Of a stretch of DNA of 64,000 nucleotides, positions 1 to 12,974 are shown piece after piece. This stretch comes from Octopus sinensis. Its lineage: Eukaryota. The DNA lies in assembly GCF_006345805.1 (NCBI RefSeq), contig NC_043002.1, positions 74,896,001 through 74,960,000 on the forward strand, given 5' to 3'. The notes under the pieces are model-generated. The model had not been told where the DNA came from. It saw nothing but the letters and a program-made list of their open reading frames with translations, and did no database searches. The position numbers and the translations under genes were made by a program. How positions within the stretch are numbered: the first letter of the stretch is position 1; each line of letters starts with the position of its first letter.

Positions 1-492
1 ATTATATGCAATATTTCGCATGACCATACTGATGTCAAGGGATGTTAAATCAAGTGGTATTCTAGCACCCTTCATTCCAGAACCTGGAACAGGCAGAGAT
101 TAATACACTTGGTAATGAAAGCAGTAGGCCTAGTCAATATATTTTAAGAAATTGAAGGCACTTTGGGGGCTTTTTACCTCACAATCTCCGTGATTACAGG
201 TAGAAACATAAGCAACTATGTATTACTCTTAATTAATCAAGTACAAGGAGAGATGTAGCCTAATGCCTAAATAATACAATCTAATACTCAGTAAGCATGC
301 AACCTTTGAAATTATTTTGTGGCTGTGTTAGAGTGGGTATTAGCGTATGTCTGCATGCCTCCCCCCTCTCCCATTTCATTGCTAGAAGTGTTTAGGTTCA
401 TTATGCAGCCTGTGCTTGGACTCTGGCCTTGATCAGGTCTTTCCTGCATGAATTGGTTTGCAAAGGTGATAGAGGAACATTTATGGCATTAA

Positions 493-622
493 CCCTCTCA
501 TTGCTGTACTTTTGTTGAAAACGCTGCCTTTATTTCAGTTACCTTTGAAAATAATGAAGAACAATAAATTAACTTTGTCATTATTAAGCTAATATTTAAA
601 ATGAAATTTTGATGGAAGAGTT
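493..622 (+). mobile_element. Fragment of a piggyBac-type (TTAA) MITE, left end only
   Basis: TTAA at 489-492 is followed by CCCTCTCATT. It resembles the reverse complement of the right end at 37160-37176 (..TAATGAAAGGG-TTAA). No matching right end was seen. Confidence 0.55.
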
Positions 623-987
623 TGTTTTTTTTAAGTTTGGGTCAATAACTAGTGGTGGGGGTGGGGAATGATACAGTTGCTATCTTCAGATTCAAAGGAC
701 TGCAAATTATTGACTGCAGATGAACTTGCTGAAAATAGATAGTTAATAAGGTTGAGACCACTTTTCAGTCCCTACAACAGTGGTTGAGTTGGTTTGAATG
801 GATGACACTGTTGTCACTAGAAGTGTGTTTATATTCATAAGTTTCTTGCTAACAGTTTCTGTTGATACAGACACTACTCAAATAATTTAATTTGGAAAAT
901 ACACCTAAAGATTGCTTGAAGTAGCTGATTAAACCATGCTCAGTTTAGTGTTTTGTAGCACAGAGTTACCATATATTTGTATTGTTG

Positions 988-1370
988 CTCTCTTTACTCT
1001 TTTACTTGTTTCAGTCATTTAACTGCGGCTATGCTGGAGCACCAACTTTAGTCAAGCAAATTGACCCCAGGACTTATTCTTTGGAAGCCTAGTACTTATT
1101 CTATCGGTCTCTTTTGCCGAACCACTAAGTTACAGAGACGTAAACACAACAGCATTGGTTGTCAAGCGATGTTGGGGGACAGACACAGACATACAGACAT
1201 ATACATATATACAACGGGCTTCTTTCAGTTTCTGTCTACCAAATCCACTCACAAGGCTTTGGTCGGCCCGAGGCTATATTAGAAGACACTTGCCCAAGGT
1301 GCCACGCAGTAGGAATGAACCCTGAACCATGTGGTTGGTAAGCATGCTACGTACCACACAGCCACTCCTG
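988..1370 (-). mobile_element. tRNA-derived SINE, family A, near full length
   Basis: On the minus strand it has an A-box-like TGGCTGTGTGG and a B-box-like GGTTCA, an internal TA/TG microsatellite and a GACTGAAACAAGTAAAAGAG tail. It is colinear with copies at 9053, 43154, 47327 and 62719. Confidence 0.92.
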
Positions 1371-1418
1371 TTAGATGACAAATCTTCATTTTTGTTGATA
1401 AAATGACTGGTTTCATAA

Positions 1419-1639
1419 CCCTTTAGTATTTAAACCAGCCATGTCTGGCCCAAATATTCAACCTATTTTATATTCAATCTGACCAGATTCAGCCTCTCAC
1501 ACTTATCCTGTAATGCTATTCATATAAATAAGCAATTATATCATTGAAATCTCAAAGTTATGAGATAATGCATGATTAATTCAAAATAATGTGAATAAAT
1601 AAGCATTACATTTGACAGAGTAATCCAAATGCTAAAGGG
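1419..1639. mobile_element. piggyBac-type MITE, complete (221 bp)
   Basis: TIRs CCCTTTAGTATTT / AAATGCTAAAGGG (12 of 13 match). Flanks are ATAA (1415-1418) and TTAA (1640-1643). A homologous copy lies at 40203-40362. Confidence 0.85.
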
Positions 1640-3807
1640 TTAAAGAATTTGTTGTATTTGAAGTTCTTGTTATTATTTCACCAGATCACTTTGAATAGAT
1701 TTCTTCAACTATAAAAATGAAACATGCAATTGAGAATATGGTCCTCCCACTAAGTTAGGAGTGCAGTAACTCCAAATAAGAACTGACTCCAATCATGACA
1801 ACCTACCCATCCTATGTCAGCTTGGATGTCTGATGATTGTGATAACGATAATGGTGGTGGTAGCAGTAGCAGCTTATGACTGGAATCTTAGTATTTACCA
1901 AATGTTGATGGGTTGGAAGAATTGTTGAAGCATCTAACTGAAATGTATTGCAGTATTTAGTTACAGCTCTTTACATTCTGTGTTTCTGTGAGGCCAACTT
2001 TTTCCTTTCATCTTTCCTGGGTCAATAAAATACAGTAACCATCAAGTACAACTGTTCCTGGCTTCCAAATGTATGACCTCATGCTTAAGCAAAGAAATCA
2101 ATTTTTACTAAACAGAAGATTATATAACTAGATAGATAAAGGAAGTCAATTTTGATTAAAATTCAGACACTTATTACATCAATGGTATATAGATGAGTGA
2201 TTATTTTGAAATTCCACCTAACACTTTTAATGTCATGTTGTCCTCAATCCAGTCTGACACACTTGTGAAAGTGAAAACTGAAATCGTTGGTAACTTCTAG
2301 AAGCTCATTAAACAATATAATTATGGAATTGTTTTTACTGTTGCTGTCTAGCATCAAATCAGCCATGATCAATCAAATCTGTGATTAACAGTGTTCCATC
2401 TTTGACCATCTTGTCTTTTTTATAGTAATTGAATACTGCAGCCTGCTAGTAATTTGAGTAATGTTGTATACAGCCGTCTGCTATACAATTTAGCTTAAGT
2501 TAGATACAACAATAAGATTTACTTAGAGATTAAATATATATAACCTTTAGCATATTAGTTTGCAAGATTTAAAAACGACCCAATCCTCTGGCCTCTAGTG
2601 TGAAGAAATCTTTTTTCATTGATTCCAATACTGAAGGAGGCTCTGGCTTGTTAAATCATACACCAGTTAGTGTAGTAGCACCAGCACGTCTACCATAGGT
2701 TTTGTGTGAATTTTAGCATTACTTAAGAAGTTTATGCAATGGTGGAATATTGACTGTGCTTCCTGTAAGCCTGGCACCTAGAAATGTCCAAGGTTGCACA
2801 AATATCTTCACTATAGCGTGGTAGCATTATTTTTACTCTTCTATGTCCCAAGGAAGCCAATTAAACCTAATTATTTAAAAGCAGGTAAAGTTTATACAGT
2901 TAAAATACATTGTGTGTATATGGTCATACTCATGCACACTTGCTTGCTCTCTTGTACTCACGTGCACACACACACACACACATTTTAGAAAGTAGTTGTG
3001 TTTATTTTGACATATTATACTATAAATATTGTTGACATAATTGTTCAAGTTATAGTCTTGTACCTCCCTTTCTTCTCTCCCTATCTTCTTTTTCTTTGAT
3101 AGAAATTAATTTTCCTCTGTCCTCTTCCTTATATAAATAGGGAGTATATTTTCTGATGTAAGGAAATGTAAGGTCTCTGCGATGTATATGCTTGTATTGA
3201 AAATGAAACTACAACACACAATGTGATGGCATTTCACTCTGCAGCTTGAGACAGTGAGTTCAAACCTTGGTGGAAACTTAGTTTAAAATTTCATTTCAGT
3301 GTATGAGTTACCATATTAAAGACGTACTGTGTATCTGTTGCAAGGTGGTTTGGTTTTACCATTCTCTTGTCATCAACTATTTAAACGGCAGTTTTGCTTG
3401 TATTGGTTTTCATTTCATTTTTCTTTTCATGCAGACAAGAATTGGCTGGTTGTATGAATATCATAAGCAGTTTGAAACTTTGTTGTTTTTCCTATCACTG
3501 ACTATGTAACTGAAAGCCAAGTGGTTTCCAAATATTTTAGTTAGATTTACATACAGAAAGAAACTAGTAGAGTGTCAGGTTTCAAAGCAATTCACTTGTA
3601 ATAATTCTATTGGGAATTATGTAGAAAGTTATAACAAAGAGCAAATGAACGGTATGGAAACAAGCTCACTACCATAATTGGGTTTTAAAGACAAAAATCT
3701 CTTTTGAATTTCAACATCTAATGTGACTGTGTGATAAAGAGATGGTGACCAACTCTTTATCACACTTTACACACACGTGTGGGTACATATGTATGTGCGT
3801 ATATTTA

Positions 3808-3808
<1 letters not shown>

Positions 3809-3868
<60 letters not shown>
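3809..3868. repeat. Compound (TA)n(GA)n microsatellite
   Basis: Read directly from the sequence. Confidence 0.97.
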
Positions 3869-4670
3869 TGTATGTATGTACACTGTTGTTTATATATATG
3901 TATATATATACATACATACACACAACCACTTTATGTTTGAAACAAATAAGAATGTGTGAAATCATTTTACAGCAATACCCAAGGATATTAGAAATAGGAA
4001 CAAAGAAAATGATCTGGATTATGATCTTGGAATTGCAACACTGTGCTCTGAAATAAATATTGGTAGGATTTCTAGGAATTGTATGTCATAGATTAATAAT
4101 AGGTTTAGATAAGGAAACGAAATTAACATTGGACAGAATGTCACAAGAAAATGGCTTTGTCTGGAAGTTATGAGTTCACTTTCAAGCAGTTCCAAGCAGT
4201 CCTATTGGGAAAGGAAAGAAAAAAAAGCTTAAATGGGAATTGTGGGGGACCCCCCCCCCACACACACACTTCCCTTCACTATTTATGCGAAATTATGTGG
4301 AATTGGATTTGGAATGACAACTTTGACTAACTTTCATTTATAGATGACCTTAATTTTTAAGGAACTGACAACACACTAATTATGGTGGTTGAAGGTTCCT
4401 AACAAATGAACAAACATATGATGTTGTTATCATTGTCATCATCATCACTATCATCTACTGCTTTTCCATGCTTGCATGGATGAGGCAAAATTTCAGAGGC
4501 AGATTTTCTACTCCCAGTTACTTTTCTGGATTGCAACTATCATTTTTTCTCAAAGAAGGTGATATTTCCCCTTATTCCTGGCATTTTGTTTTCTTTTTGA
4601 CAGAATATTGCAAATGAACTGCAGTTTGTATAATGGTATCATTTGTTTGCAGTTTGCAAACAATCTCAAA

Positions 4671-4845
4671 ACACACTCACACAATACAACACGCTTTTGA
4701 TCAGTTTTAGTCTACTGAATTCACTCACAAGGTTTTGATCAGTCTAGAATTATAGTAGAAAATACATGTGCAATGTTTTATGCAGTGGAACTTAACTTGT
4801 AACCGTGTGCTTGCAAAGCAATCTTCTTAACAGCACAGCCACATT
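4671..4845 (-). mobile_element. Old SINE family A, 5' fragment
   Basis: Degenerate reverse complement of the family A head (..CTTCTTAACAGCACAGCCAC) and of the CACTCACAAGG block. Confidence 0.65.
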
Positions 4846-5134
4846 AATAAAAAACCAATTGGGTCATAAAACCCAGCAGATCTGATGTCATGAATTATGG
4901 TAAAGGTACAAATACTTTATAATCGACATTGCTCTGCTTTGGGGCTAGACTGATAGCTTGGCTCAATTCTCAAAACACATTCCATTCTGCTTCAGACTAT
5001 ACTTGATACATGTATCAGCATAATACAAAACACGACTACATCAGTTAAAACTGCAAATATCACAAGGAAAGTATTATGTAAAAGTTTCAGATCTGATAGG
5101 ATGGAAACATTTTCATTTTCTCTTCAACTAGTCA

Positions 5135-5478
5135 ATCTGTGGTTTCAGGTTCAGTCCTACTGCATGACACTGTGGGCAAGTGTTTTTTGTCCTTTAGCCT
5201 CAGACAATACCTTGTGAGTGAATTTGGTAGATGGAAATTGCATGGAGGCCTGTTATATACATATCTGTGTATTTGTGTCTCTCTTCCCTCTCTCATTTGA
5301 CAAACAGTGTTGGTTTGTTTACACCCCCTGTAACTTAGTGGTTCAGCAAAGGAACTGGTAGAATAAGTACTAGACTTTAAAAATAAAAGTACAGGGGTCA
5401 ATTTGTTTGACTAAACCCCTTCATGGCAGTACTCCAGTATGACCCCAATCCAATGACTCAGAGAAGTAAAAGATGAAA
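5135..5478 (+). mobile_element. Old SINE family A copy
   Basis: Colinear blocks GGTTCAGTCC..GGGCAAGTG..CCTTGTGAGTGAATTTGGTAGATGGAAA..GTAACTTAGTGGTTCAGC..AGAATAAGTAC..AAGTAAAAGAT. Confidence 0.85.
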
Positions 5479-5544
5479 ATGATGACAGTGATTGTTAACA
5501 ATTTAGACACAAGGCCAGCAATTTTGAGAGAAGTGAGGCTAGTT

Positions 5545-5808
5545 GATGCTGTTGACATCAGTACTTGGTTGGTACTAGTGCTACATGAAAAGTATCCATG
5601 CTGGTGCCATGTAAAAAGCATCAGCACTGGTGCCACATGAAAAGCACTTAATACACTCTGTAAAATGGTAGGTGTTAAGAAGGGCATCCAGTTGTAGAAA
5701 CCATGCCAAAACAGACAGTTGGAGCCTAGTGCAGCTCACTAGCTCCTCTCAAACCACTCAGCCTATGCCATTATAGAAAACAGATGTTAATTGATGATGT
5801 TGTTGATG
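5545..5808 (+). mobile_element. RTE LINE 3' UTR/tail fragment (D)
   Basis: AAGGGCATCCAGTTGTAGAAACCATGCCA core and a degenerate (GAT)n tail. Homologous to the tails at 16007, 32588 and 40607. Confidence 0.75.
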
Positions 5809-5934
5809 AATATAAAGAGCTGGAATAAATCCCTGAAAGCACTTTTTTGATGCTCTACCAATTTTGCCATCTCACTGCCTTTTTCAATGGTTTCTGATTT
5901 AAGCACAGGTATTTGAAGGGAAGATACCATCGAC

Positions 5935-6300
5935 TCCAATGCTTGACTGCTACGTTGTTTTATTGACTTTGAAAGGAGGAAAAGCAAAGTTGGCCTTGAC
6001 AGGAATTGAACTCAGAATATAGACAGCTGGAACAAATGACACAGAACAGTTTTATCAAACTCTGTTGATCCTACCTGTCCATCACCCTTCCTTCATATAT
6101 GTTTCTAACAGGGCAAAATGCTTAGTGGCATTTCGTCTATGTTTACATTCTGAGTTCAGATTCTGCCATGGTTGGCTTTGATTTTTTATCCTTTCAGGGT
6201 AAATAAGATAAGTACTAGTTGAGCACTGGCATTGATGTAATCAACTTAGCCCACTCACCAAACTTGCTGGCCTTGTGCCAAAATTTGAAACTAATATTTG
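5935..6300. mobile_element. Head-to-head pair of SINE family B copies (about 5935-6030 minus, 6110-6300 plus)
   Basis: GAACTCAGAAT at about 6009 versus ATTCTGAGTTC at about 6146. The plus copy ends in the CTGGCCTTGTGCCAAAATTTGAAAC tail. Confidence 0.7.
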
Positions 6301-7333
6301 TTTCTAACGTTGGTATCAAACCTGAAATCTGTAAGGAGGGTCAGTTTATTAAACTGGCACCAAATGCTGGTATCTTGATCAAATAGTCCAAATCTGTGTT
6401 TAGTGATAGAAAAGGCATTCAACTGTGACAAAACAAACCACAAACAAACAAAAACTGGTGGAGGGGAATGCACTAAACAATAGTAGTTTCCTAGTTTCTT
6501 CTTTTATGGAAGATTGCAGCGGACCTGCCCCAGCCATGCTAAAGATAGGGATGGGAAACAATCATAAAATGATAATTTGTGAAGTACTTGGTTGTTGATT
6601 CTACTAACAACAACAGTAGTAGTAGTAGTAGTAGTAGCAGCAGCAGCAGCAGCAATCATCTGTTCTTTCTTCATTCATATTGTTTATGGTCTGCAAAACA
6701 ACATATGCTTCTCATGTGTGTCCATCTCTCGCAGCATTAGGTTCATACACACACACACACACGTGTATATATATACACACACATGCACATACACACACTC
6801 ATACATTCACCATTGCTAGGCTCATTTAAAGAATTAGAAGTACGTTATTTGAAATAGTTTGTGTAAAAAAGCAAACATAGAAAAAAGTAAAAAAAAAAAA
6901 TCATGTTTCTCTTTGTGTATTTAATCTTTTTTTTTTTAAATTTCACTTAGTTTTTTTCTTCTTCTCTTTATGTCAAGTTCTCCTACATATTTATTGTTGA
7001 TGTCATCTGATCTTTCTATTTGTTGTTATTTTGGTTTTTTCTTTTCTTTTTCTTTTATGGTACATTATTTTGATTAATGTTTACCAACATCAGTTTCATT
7101 TCCATTGTTGTGCTACAACATCAGCGAATTACTTTACATTGTTTTGTTACTTTTTCTTCTTTTCCTTTCTTTTTCTTTTTTTTTTTGGCAACTATAGATG
7201 TAAAGTTAAGCTAAGATTATGCCATATAGAAATCAGCCAATAAAAAAGAAGCAAAAACAAAAAAGAGAAACAATAAAAACATACAAATTATTTTACCACA
7301 AGTCTTTGATCATCAAACTAGATAAAAACAGCC

Positions 7334-7395
<62 letters not shown>

Positions 7396-7864
7396 CTTTA
7401 TTTTTACTTTTGTTTTCATTGGCTGAAACTCACACCGACATATATATATATATGCATATATTTTTAATTTTTCCAGATGCCGTTTCTTTTACAAATATGC
7501 TTGAACTGTGGAATTTAGTATTGTTAATGCTTCATGTCAGATGCTGAAATTATATGCAATGCTAACCTTGTTTTATGTCGATGTTTATTAATTTAACACT
7601 CTAATTTATGTTCAACTTTGATGTTATAATGCATCGCAATTAACTGTATGAGATATGAATGAGTTAAATATATGAGAAGACAAAAAAATTAGATTCTGGC
7701 TATATTTCTGATTTTTCTTCTGCTCTTGTCATATTAAGGAATTTATTTAAAAATGAATAATTGTATGTGATATCATAAAGATAGGCTAGTTAATTATTTT
7801 AAGTATTTAATTTTCTTTCTTTTTTTCTTTTTAAATAATAATTAAAAATGTTTGAGCACAAATA

Positions 7865-8158
7865 CAAGTAGCTGAAATGGAGCTCCTCTGAAGAGTCACT
7901 GAAGTAATGTTACTTGACAGGGTTTGTAGCTTGGAGATAAGGGCATCTCTGCAGGTTGAGCTGCTGCTTCTTAACATTGACAGGTCACAACTCCAGTACT
8001 ATGATGTGTTGTTAGAATAATGTTGCAGGAAAGAATTGCAAGATAGACTCTTGAAGCCAGGTCATCCAGCAAGAGACCTGGGTGTAGACCAAGAATGAGA
8101 TGGTTCGACATTATCCATAGCCTCAGTTGGCCCATTTGGGAATCCAGTCAGGTGTAAT
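7865..8158 (+). pseudogene. RTE-clade LINE ORF2 C-terminal remnant (Rex3/Expander-like)
   Basis: Translates as QVAEMELL*RVTEVMLLDRVCSLEIRASLQVELLLLNIDRSQL, then after a frameshift RPGCRPRMRWFDII. This matches the recalled RTE C-terminal pattern (..AEMxFLRRVAGxxLxDRVRSxxIRxxLxVEPLLLxIERSQLRW..RPRGRPRxRW). It carries stops and a frameshift. Confidence 0.8.
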
Positions 8159-8304
8159 GATGGTTGCTTTAGTGAAAAGTGCAATTATATTTGGCTGGAA
8201 TTTATAAAGTATTGCTTCACTTTTTCCTCAAGTGAAACACATTTGAAAATGTATAGTTGCATCATTGCAACAAAGGAGAATGTGCATGGTGCATGACATA
8301 TGCA

Positions 8305-8940
8305 CAGATATGGCTGTTTAGTTAAGAAGCTCACTTTGCAACCACATGATTTCAAGTTCAGTCCCACTGTATGGCACTTGGACAAGTATCTTCCACTATA
8401 TCCCTGAGTTGGCTAATGCCTTGTAAGGGAATTTGCTGGACAGAAACTGTGTGGAAGGCCATTGTTATATAAGTGTGTCTGTGTCCACTGTTTGACAACC
8501 AGTATTGGTTTGTTTATGTCCCTGTAACTTAGTGGTTCAGTAAAAAGACCAATAGAATAAGTATCAAAATTAAAAATAAGTACTGTATCTATCTTGCCCT
8601 TTTAAAGCCTAGCCAGGCTCATGGGCCAAGTTTCCCAGTTTCAATGGCGCATGTGTTCCCCAGCTGGACAGGACGCCAGTCCATCGGAGCATTACTCATT
8701 TTTGCCAGCTGAGTGGACTGGAGCAACATGAAATGAAGCGTTTTGCTCAAGAACACAACGTATTGCCTGGTTGAGGAATTGAAATGACAATCTCATGATC
8801 ATGATGCTGACACCCTAACCACTAAGCCACGCACCTCCACAAAAAATAAGTACTAAGGTTCATTTATTTGATTAAACCTTCCAGAGCAGTACCTTAGCAT
8901 ATCTGCAGTCCAATGACTGAGGCAAGTAAAGATAAAAGAC
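8305..8940 (+). mobile_element. Old SINE family A copy interrupted by a family C insertion
   Basis: Family A blocks resume after 8841 (AAAAATAAGTACT..CAGTCCAATGACTGAGGCAAGTAAAGATAAAAGA). Confidence 0.85.
8585..8841 (-). mobile_element. tRNA-derived SINE family C, full length, with 13-bp TSD
   Basis: Perfect direct repeat AAAAATAAGTACT at 8572-8584 and 8842-8854. The minus-strand head carries the A box TGGCTTAGTGG. Confidence 0.9.
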
Positions 8941-9020
8941 AACTGTCATTGTCTGGTCTCACAGTATCCAAACTTTTCTTAAAAACCATCCGTTAAGATA
9001 ATCTTAATTTGTACAGCACA

Positions 9021-9628
9021 TAGGGTGGTGAGCTGGCAGAATCATTAGCATGCAGGAGGCACAGTAGTGGCTGTGTGGTAAGTAGGTTGCTTACCAACCA
9101 CATGGTTCCAGGTTCAGTCCCATTGCGTGGCACTTTGGGCAAGTATCTTCTACTATAGCCTTGGGCCGACCAAAGCCTTGTGAGTGGATTTGGTAGACGG
9201 AAACTGAAAGAAGCCCGTCGTATATATGTATATGTTTGTATGTCTGTGTTTGTCCCCCAACATCGCTTGACAACCAATGCTGTTGTGTTTACATCCCTGT
9301 AACTTAGCGGTTCGGCGAAAGAGACCGATAGAATAGGTATTAGGTTTACAAAGAATAAGTCCATAGGTAGATTTCCTCAACTAAAAGCAGTGCTCCAGCA
9401 TGGTTGCAGTCAACTGACTGAAACAAGTAAAAGAGTAAAAGATGCGGGGCAAAATGCTTAGTAGCCTTTCATCTGTCTTAATGTTCTGAGTTCAAATTCT
9501 GTCATGGTTGACTTTGCCTTTCTTCCCTTTGGGTTCAGTAAAATATGTACCAGTCAAGCAAGCACTGGAGTCAATGTAATCGACTTGCACCCACCTATGA
9601 ACTTGCTGGCTAAAATTTGAAATCAATA
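9021..9628 (+). mobile_element. SINE family B copy split by a family A insertion
   Basis: Head GAGCTGGCAGAATCATTAGCATGC (9030-9053) resumes as GGGGCAAAATGCTTAG at about 9446. B box GAGTTCAAATTC; tail AAAATTTGAAATC. Confidence 0.85.
9053..9442 (+). mobile_element. SINE family A, near full length, nested in family B
   Basis: Colinear with the reverse complement of 988-1370 and with 62719-63110. Confidence 0.92.
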
Positions 9629-11837
9629 AATACAACATGTGCCTATAAAACAAAGCTCTTGTTCTCCCTAGCTAGTTTCTTTGACTATGATGGGGCCCAT
9701 ATTATGTGACTAATTTCAGGTTAAGTTGATGAAGTAGGATTTTGTTTTTCTCTTGATTGCCTTTTCCTTACATTGCTGTCTTGACATAAACTTTTAGACA
9801 TTGTTTTGAAAAGACTTGCAATGTAGTAATTCTCCCCAACCTGTTTGTTTTAATATTGCTTAAACACATTTCTCCCCCCACCCCTGGATCTTGTGTGAAT
9901 TTTTCTTGGATATTGATGGGTATGTGTGTTTTGGAATTGCATGTTATACATCAGCTCCCAGGTCCCATCCTTTCTGTTATCTAATCACACTCCAAGCGAA
10001 AATGCCAAGGAAGTTATATTCTATTATACAACAATACATATCGGAGTGTCCATATATGTTTACTTTATCAGCTTAACAGTTAAAAGGTTTTCCTATTAAG
10101 ATCAATTTCCCAGTACAGCTACTGCTGCTGCTACTACTACTGCTGCCTCTCCTCCTCCAACTCCTCCTCCTCCTACTACTACTACTACTACTTCTACTAC
10201 TTTCTTGGATCAAATTTTATTTCTATTGTCACTTATCTTTACAACTGTACTTTACCTTGTTATAGTTGCTTGTTGACACTGATTTTCTACTACCACTCTT
10301 TAAATGGATGGATGCGAGAGGTGCGGTGGTGGTGCAAGGGGTGGTGGTGACGGCGGTGGGGGGAGAGCCCTTTGTTTTGACATGACTCCTTCAGATTTCT
10401 GCCATAGGATAGCTTTTATGCTAGTGAAAAGGTCATCACACTTGTTCACTGATATAATTATACTTGAATAATCTGCTTTGATTGGAAGCCTCTCTATACA
10501 TATTGTGCCCGATTGGTGTCAATTTGATTACAATCAGCTACAAGAAATTCCTAACAAACAAGCAGTAAAAATCTCCACCTGTTAAGTGTTTCAAAGAGTC
10601 ACTAATATCTGCAATAAGCAAACCTCTTCTAATGAGACCTCCTTGGTTTGGTTGGACTTCACAATTGTTAGCATTGTTTACTGTTGGTACATATCTCTAG
10701 TTGCATGTCCTTACCTTCTCCCTATCTTCAGATAACGATACTTTCTTGTACTTCAAATGCTGACCTTCTAAGGTATTTAATGGTCACTCATTCAAATACT
10801 ACTTATCTAACTGTACTGAGATAATTTCGGCTGCTGCTGTTATCATTGTTGTTATTGTTGAATACATGGAAACAATGTTTGATAGTGGGGGTTGGGGTTG
10901 GTGTTAGTTTTGTTGGTAGGCATGTTAGTGAGAGTGGTGGAGATGGGGCTGGCTGGTGGTGATGATGGCGGTGGGTTGCTGGCAATTAGTGCTTTTTTTC
11001 TGCATTTCTATCTTTAGCTGTTAGGTTAGTTGGTTGATTAATAAAAAAAATGAAACAAATCCTCGTCCTCCTCCCCAACGACAAAAAAAAAAAAATGTAT
11101 ATTTGCTCTGATAGGTTTGATATATTCTTATTTCAAATCTGAAATTATCCTAGCTACCTGTTTTGTAATTTACTGTGTGAGTTTGTTTATGTGTATATAT
11201 ACATGTATGTATGTATGTACATACATACATATGTATGTATGTATACACATATACATGTATACAGATAGACACACACACCCACACACACATATACATATGC
11301 GTATACATGTGTATACACATACATAAAAACCTGCACACTCACCTACCTACAAGACAAGGGAAAGAGGTGGTGTATACAGACGATGCACATTTTTTGTGTA
11401 TTTCTTTTAATAATTCCTGCGTTCTCACTTTGCTTTGGTTCTATTGATCTCATTATCTATTTTCCTTGACTTCCTTATATTTCATATCTCTCACCCTCAC
11501 TGTCTCTCTCACCCTCTCTCAATCATTTTTAGCTGTTCTTTTTTTATACAACTCTCAGGTATTGTTTGCTACCTACCTTACAAATAGCAGCTGATTCAAT
11601 TCAAGAAATCTCTCTCTCTCTCTTGCTCAAAAGAATGAGGCTGATGGGAGTTATACTATATCTATCCATGAATGATTCAACCCCATCATACATACACGTA
11701 CATACATCTCCCTGCTTATGATATGTAATGTCCTACATAAGTTATTGATTCTTTCCCCCATCCGCCTACCCAATGATCTTACAGACAAAACATCTGTAAC
11801 TTTGCTGACAGCAAATATAGACTGCAATATTTCTTTA

Positions 11838-11868
<31 letters not shown>

Positions 11869-12509
11869 TAAAATATAGAAATAAAATGAGAGGGAAGGAA
11901 TATGGATGGAAGGGAAGGAAGAGTTCTTCTATTCTCATATGGGTATGCATAGGTGGTACTTTGATTGATGTTACAGAATATGATTCAACTCTTCTGCAAA
12001 GGTTGATTCTTGTATTACTTATATGGATTTAGAGATAAACAAAATTTCTACTGTATGTTAGTTAATGTGCTGGGTATCTTCATACTGATGCAGTACAAAT
12101 CACTTTGCTCACCGCCTCCCATGCAAATGAAACACCTGCCCCCTTTTTTTGAATTTTCCTTTTAACCGACTCTAATTTTACATCTGTTAAGCCCACAAGA
12201 ATTTAAAGTGACCCTAACTCAATCTGTTAATTCTTACTTCATTAGCATTGCTTTTATTTACTTTCTTAGTTTGTGTTATCTGTACGGGTTAAATCCCAAC
12301 TGCAAGAAAGTTCTGTCAAGCTAAGATACTGCTTTACCAGTGATAGTAACTTTTCCAACAGAAAGGGAAAATGATGCAGTGTGGAATGAAACATTTTATT
12401 CCAGTAAACAATGAAACACCTACAGTGGATATGAAATGCTACTCTATGGCTTTGCAGTCTGATATCTTATTCCTTATGCAATTTTTTTCATCTACAATAT
12501 CAACTACCA

Positions 12510-12650
12510 ATGGTGCATGGCCTAGTTGTTAGGGCTTTGGATTCATGACCATAAAGTCTTGGATTGGGTGGTGGATTGTGTCCTTGGGCAAGGCATTCTA
12601 TTTTACATTACTCTAGTTTTCTCAATTGAAATGAATACCAGCTGAGTGCT
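12510..12650 (+). mobile_element. Old SINE family C fragment
   Basis: GCATGGCCTAGTTGTTAGGG head and TGTGTCCTTGGGCAAG block, homologous to 8585-8841. Confidence 0.65.
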
Positions 12651-12974
12651 AGCACATTCCTCTCACTCTTTACCTGTCATATCTTAGGTATTCTGTTAAG
12701 TCAAGGGTGGAAGAGCTGAGAAGATATATATGTCTGCTTATCTCTTCATAAGTATCTGATATTTCTGTTATTAACAGAACAATAGTACATGCTTCCAATT
12801 TATAACTTGTTTGACAGCTGTAGTTTTTACCAGCTACTGATACTTGATACAAAATCAATGGAAGAGTCACTACCTCCTTCAAGAATTGGGGAGACTCTGC
12901 CTGAATTCAAAGTTAAGATCACCCACTGGTAAAATCTCTAAAAATCTGTGCGGAAAATAAACAAATAAAAAACA

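Noticed and set aside
1061-1341. Recurring ORFs ending in [19 protein letters not shown] (also 9091, 43321, 62756)
   Set aside because: These are antisense translations of SINE family A. The recurrence reflects repeat copies, not a protein family.
10714-10767. Minus-strand candidate exon (EGQHLKYKKVSLSEDREK, donor AAG|GTAAGG)
   Set aside because: Poor acceptor context, and it overlaps an equally plausible plus-strand candidate. It cannot be supported without transcripts.
10310-10985. G-rich GGT/GGG runs as possible G-quadruplexes
   Set aside because: Mostly (GGT)n-type microsatellite decay, with few runs of three or more G at suitable spacing.
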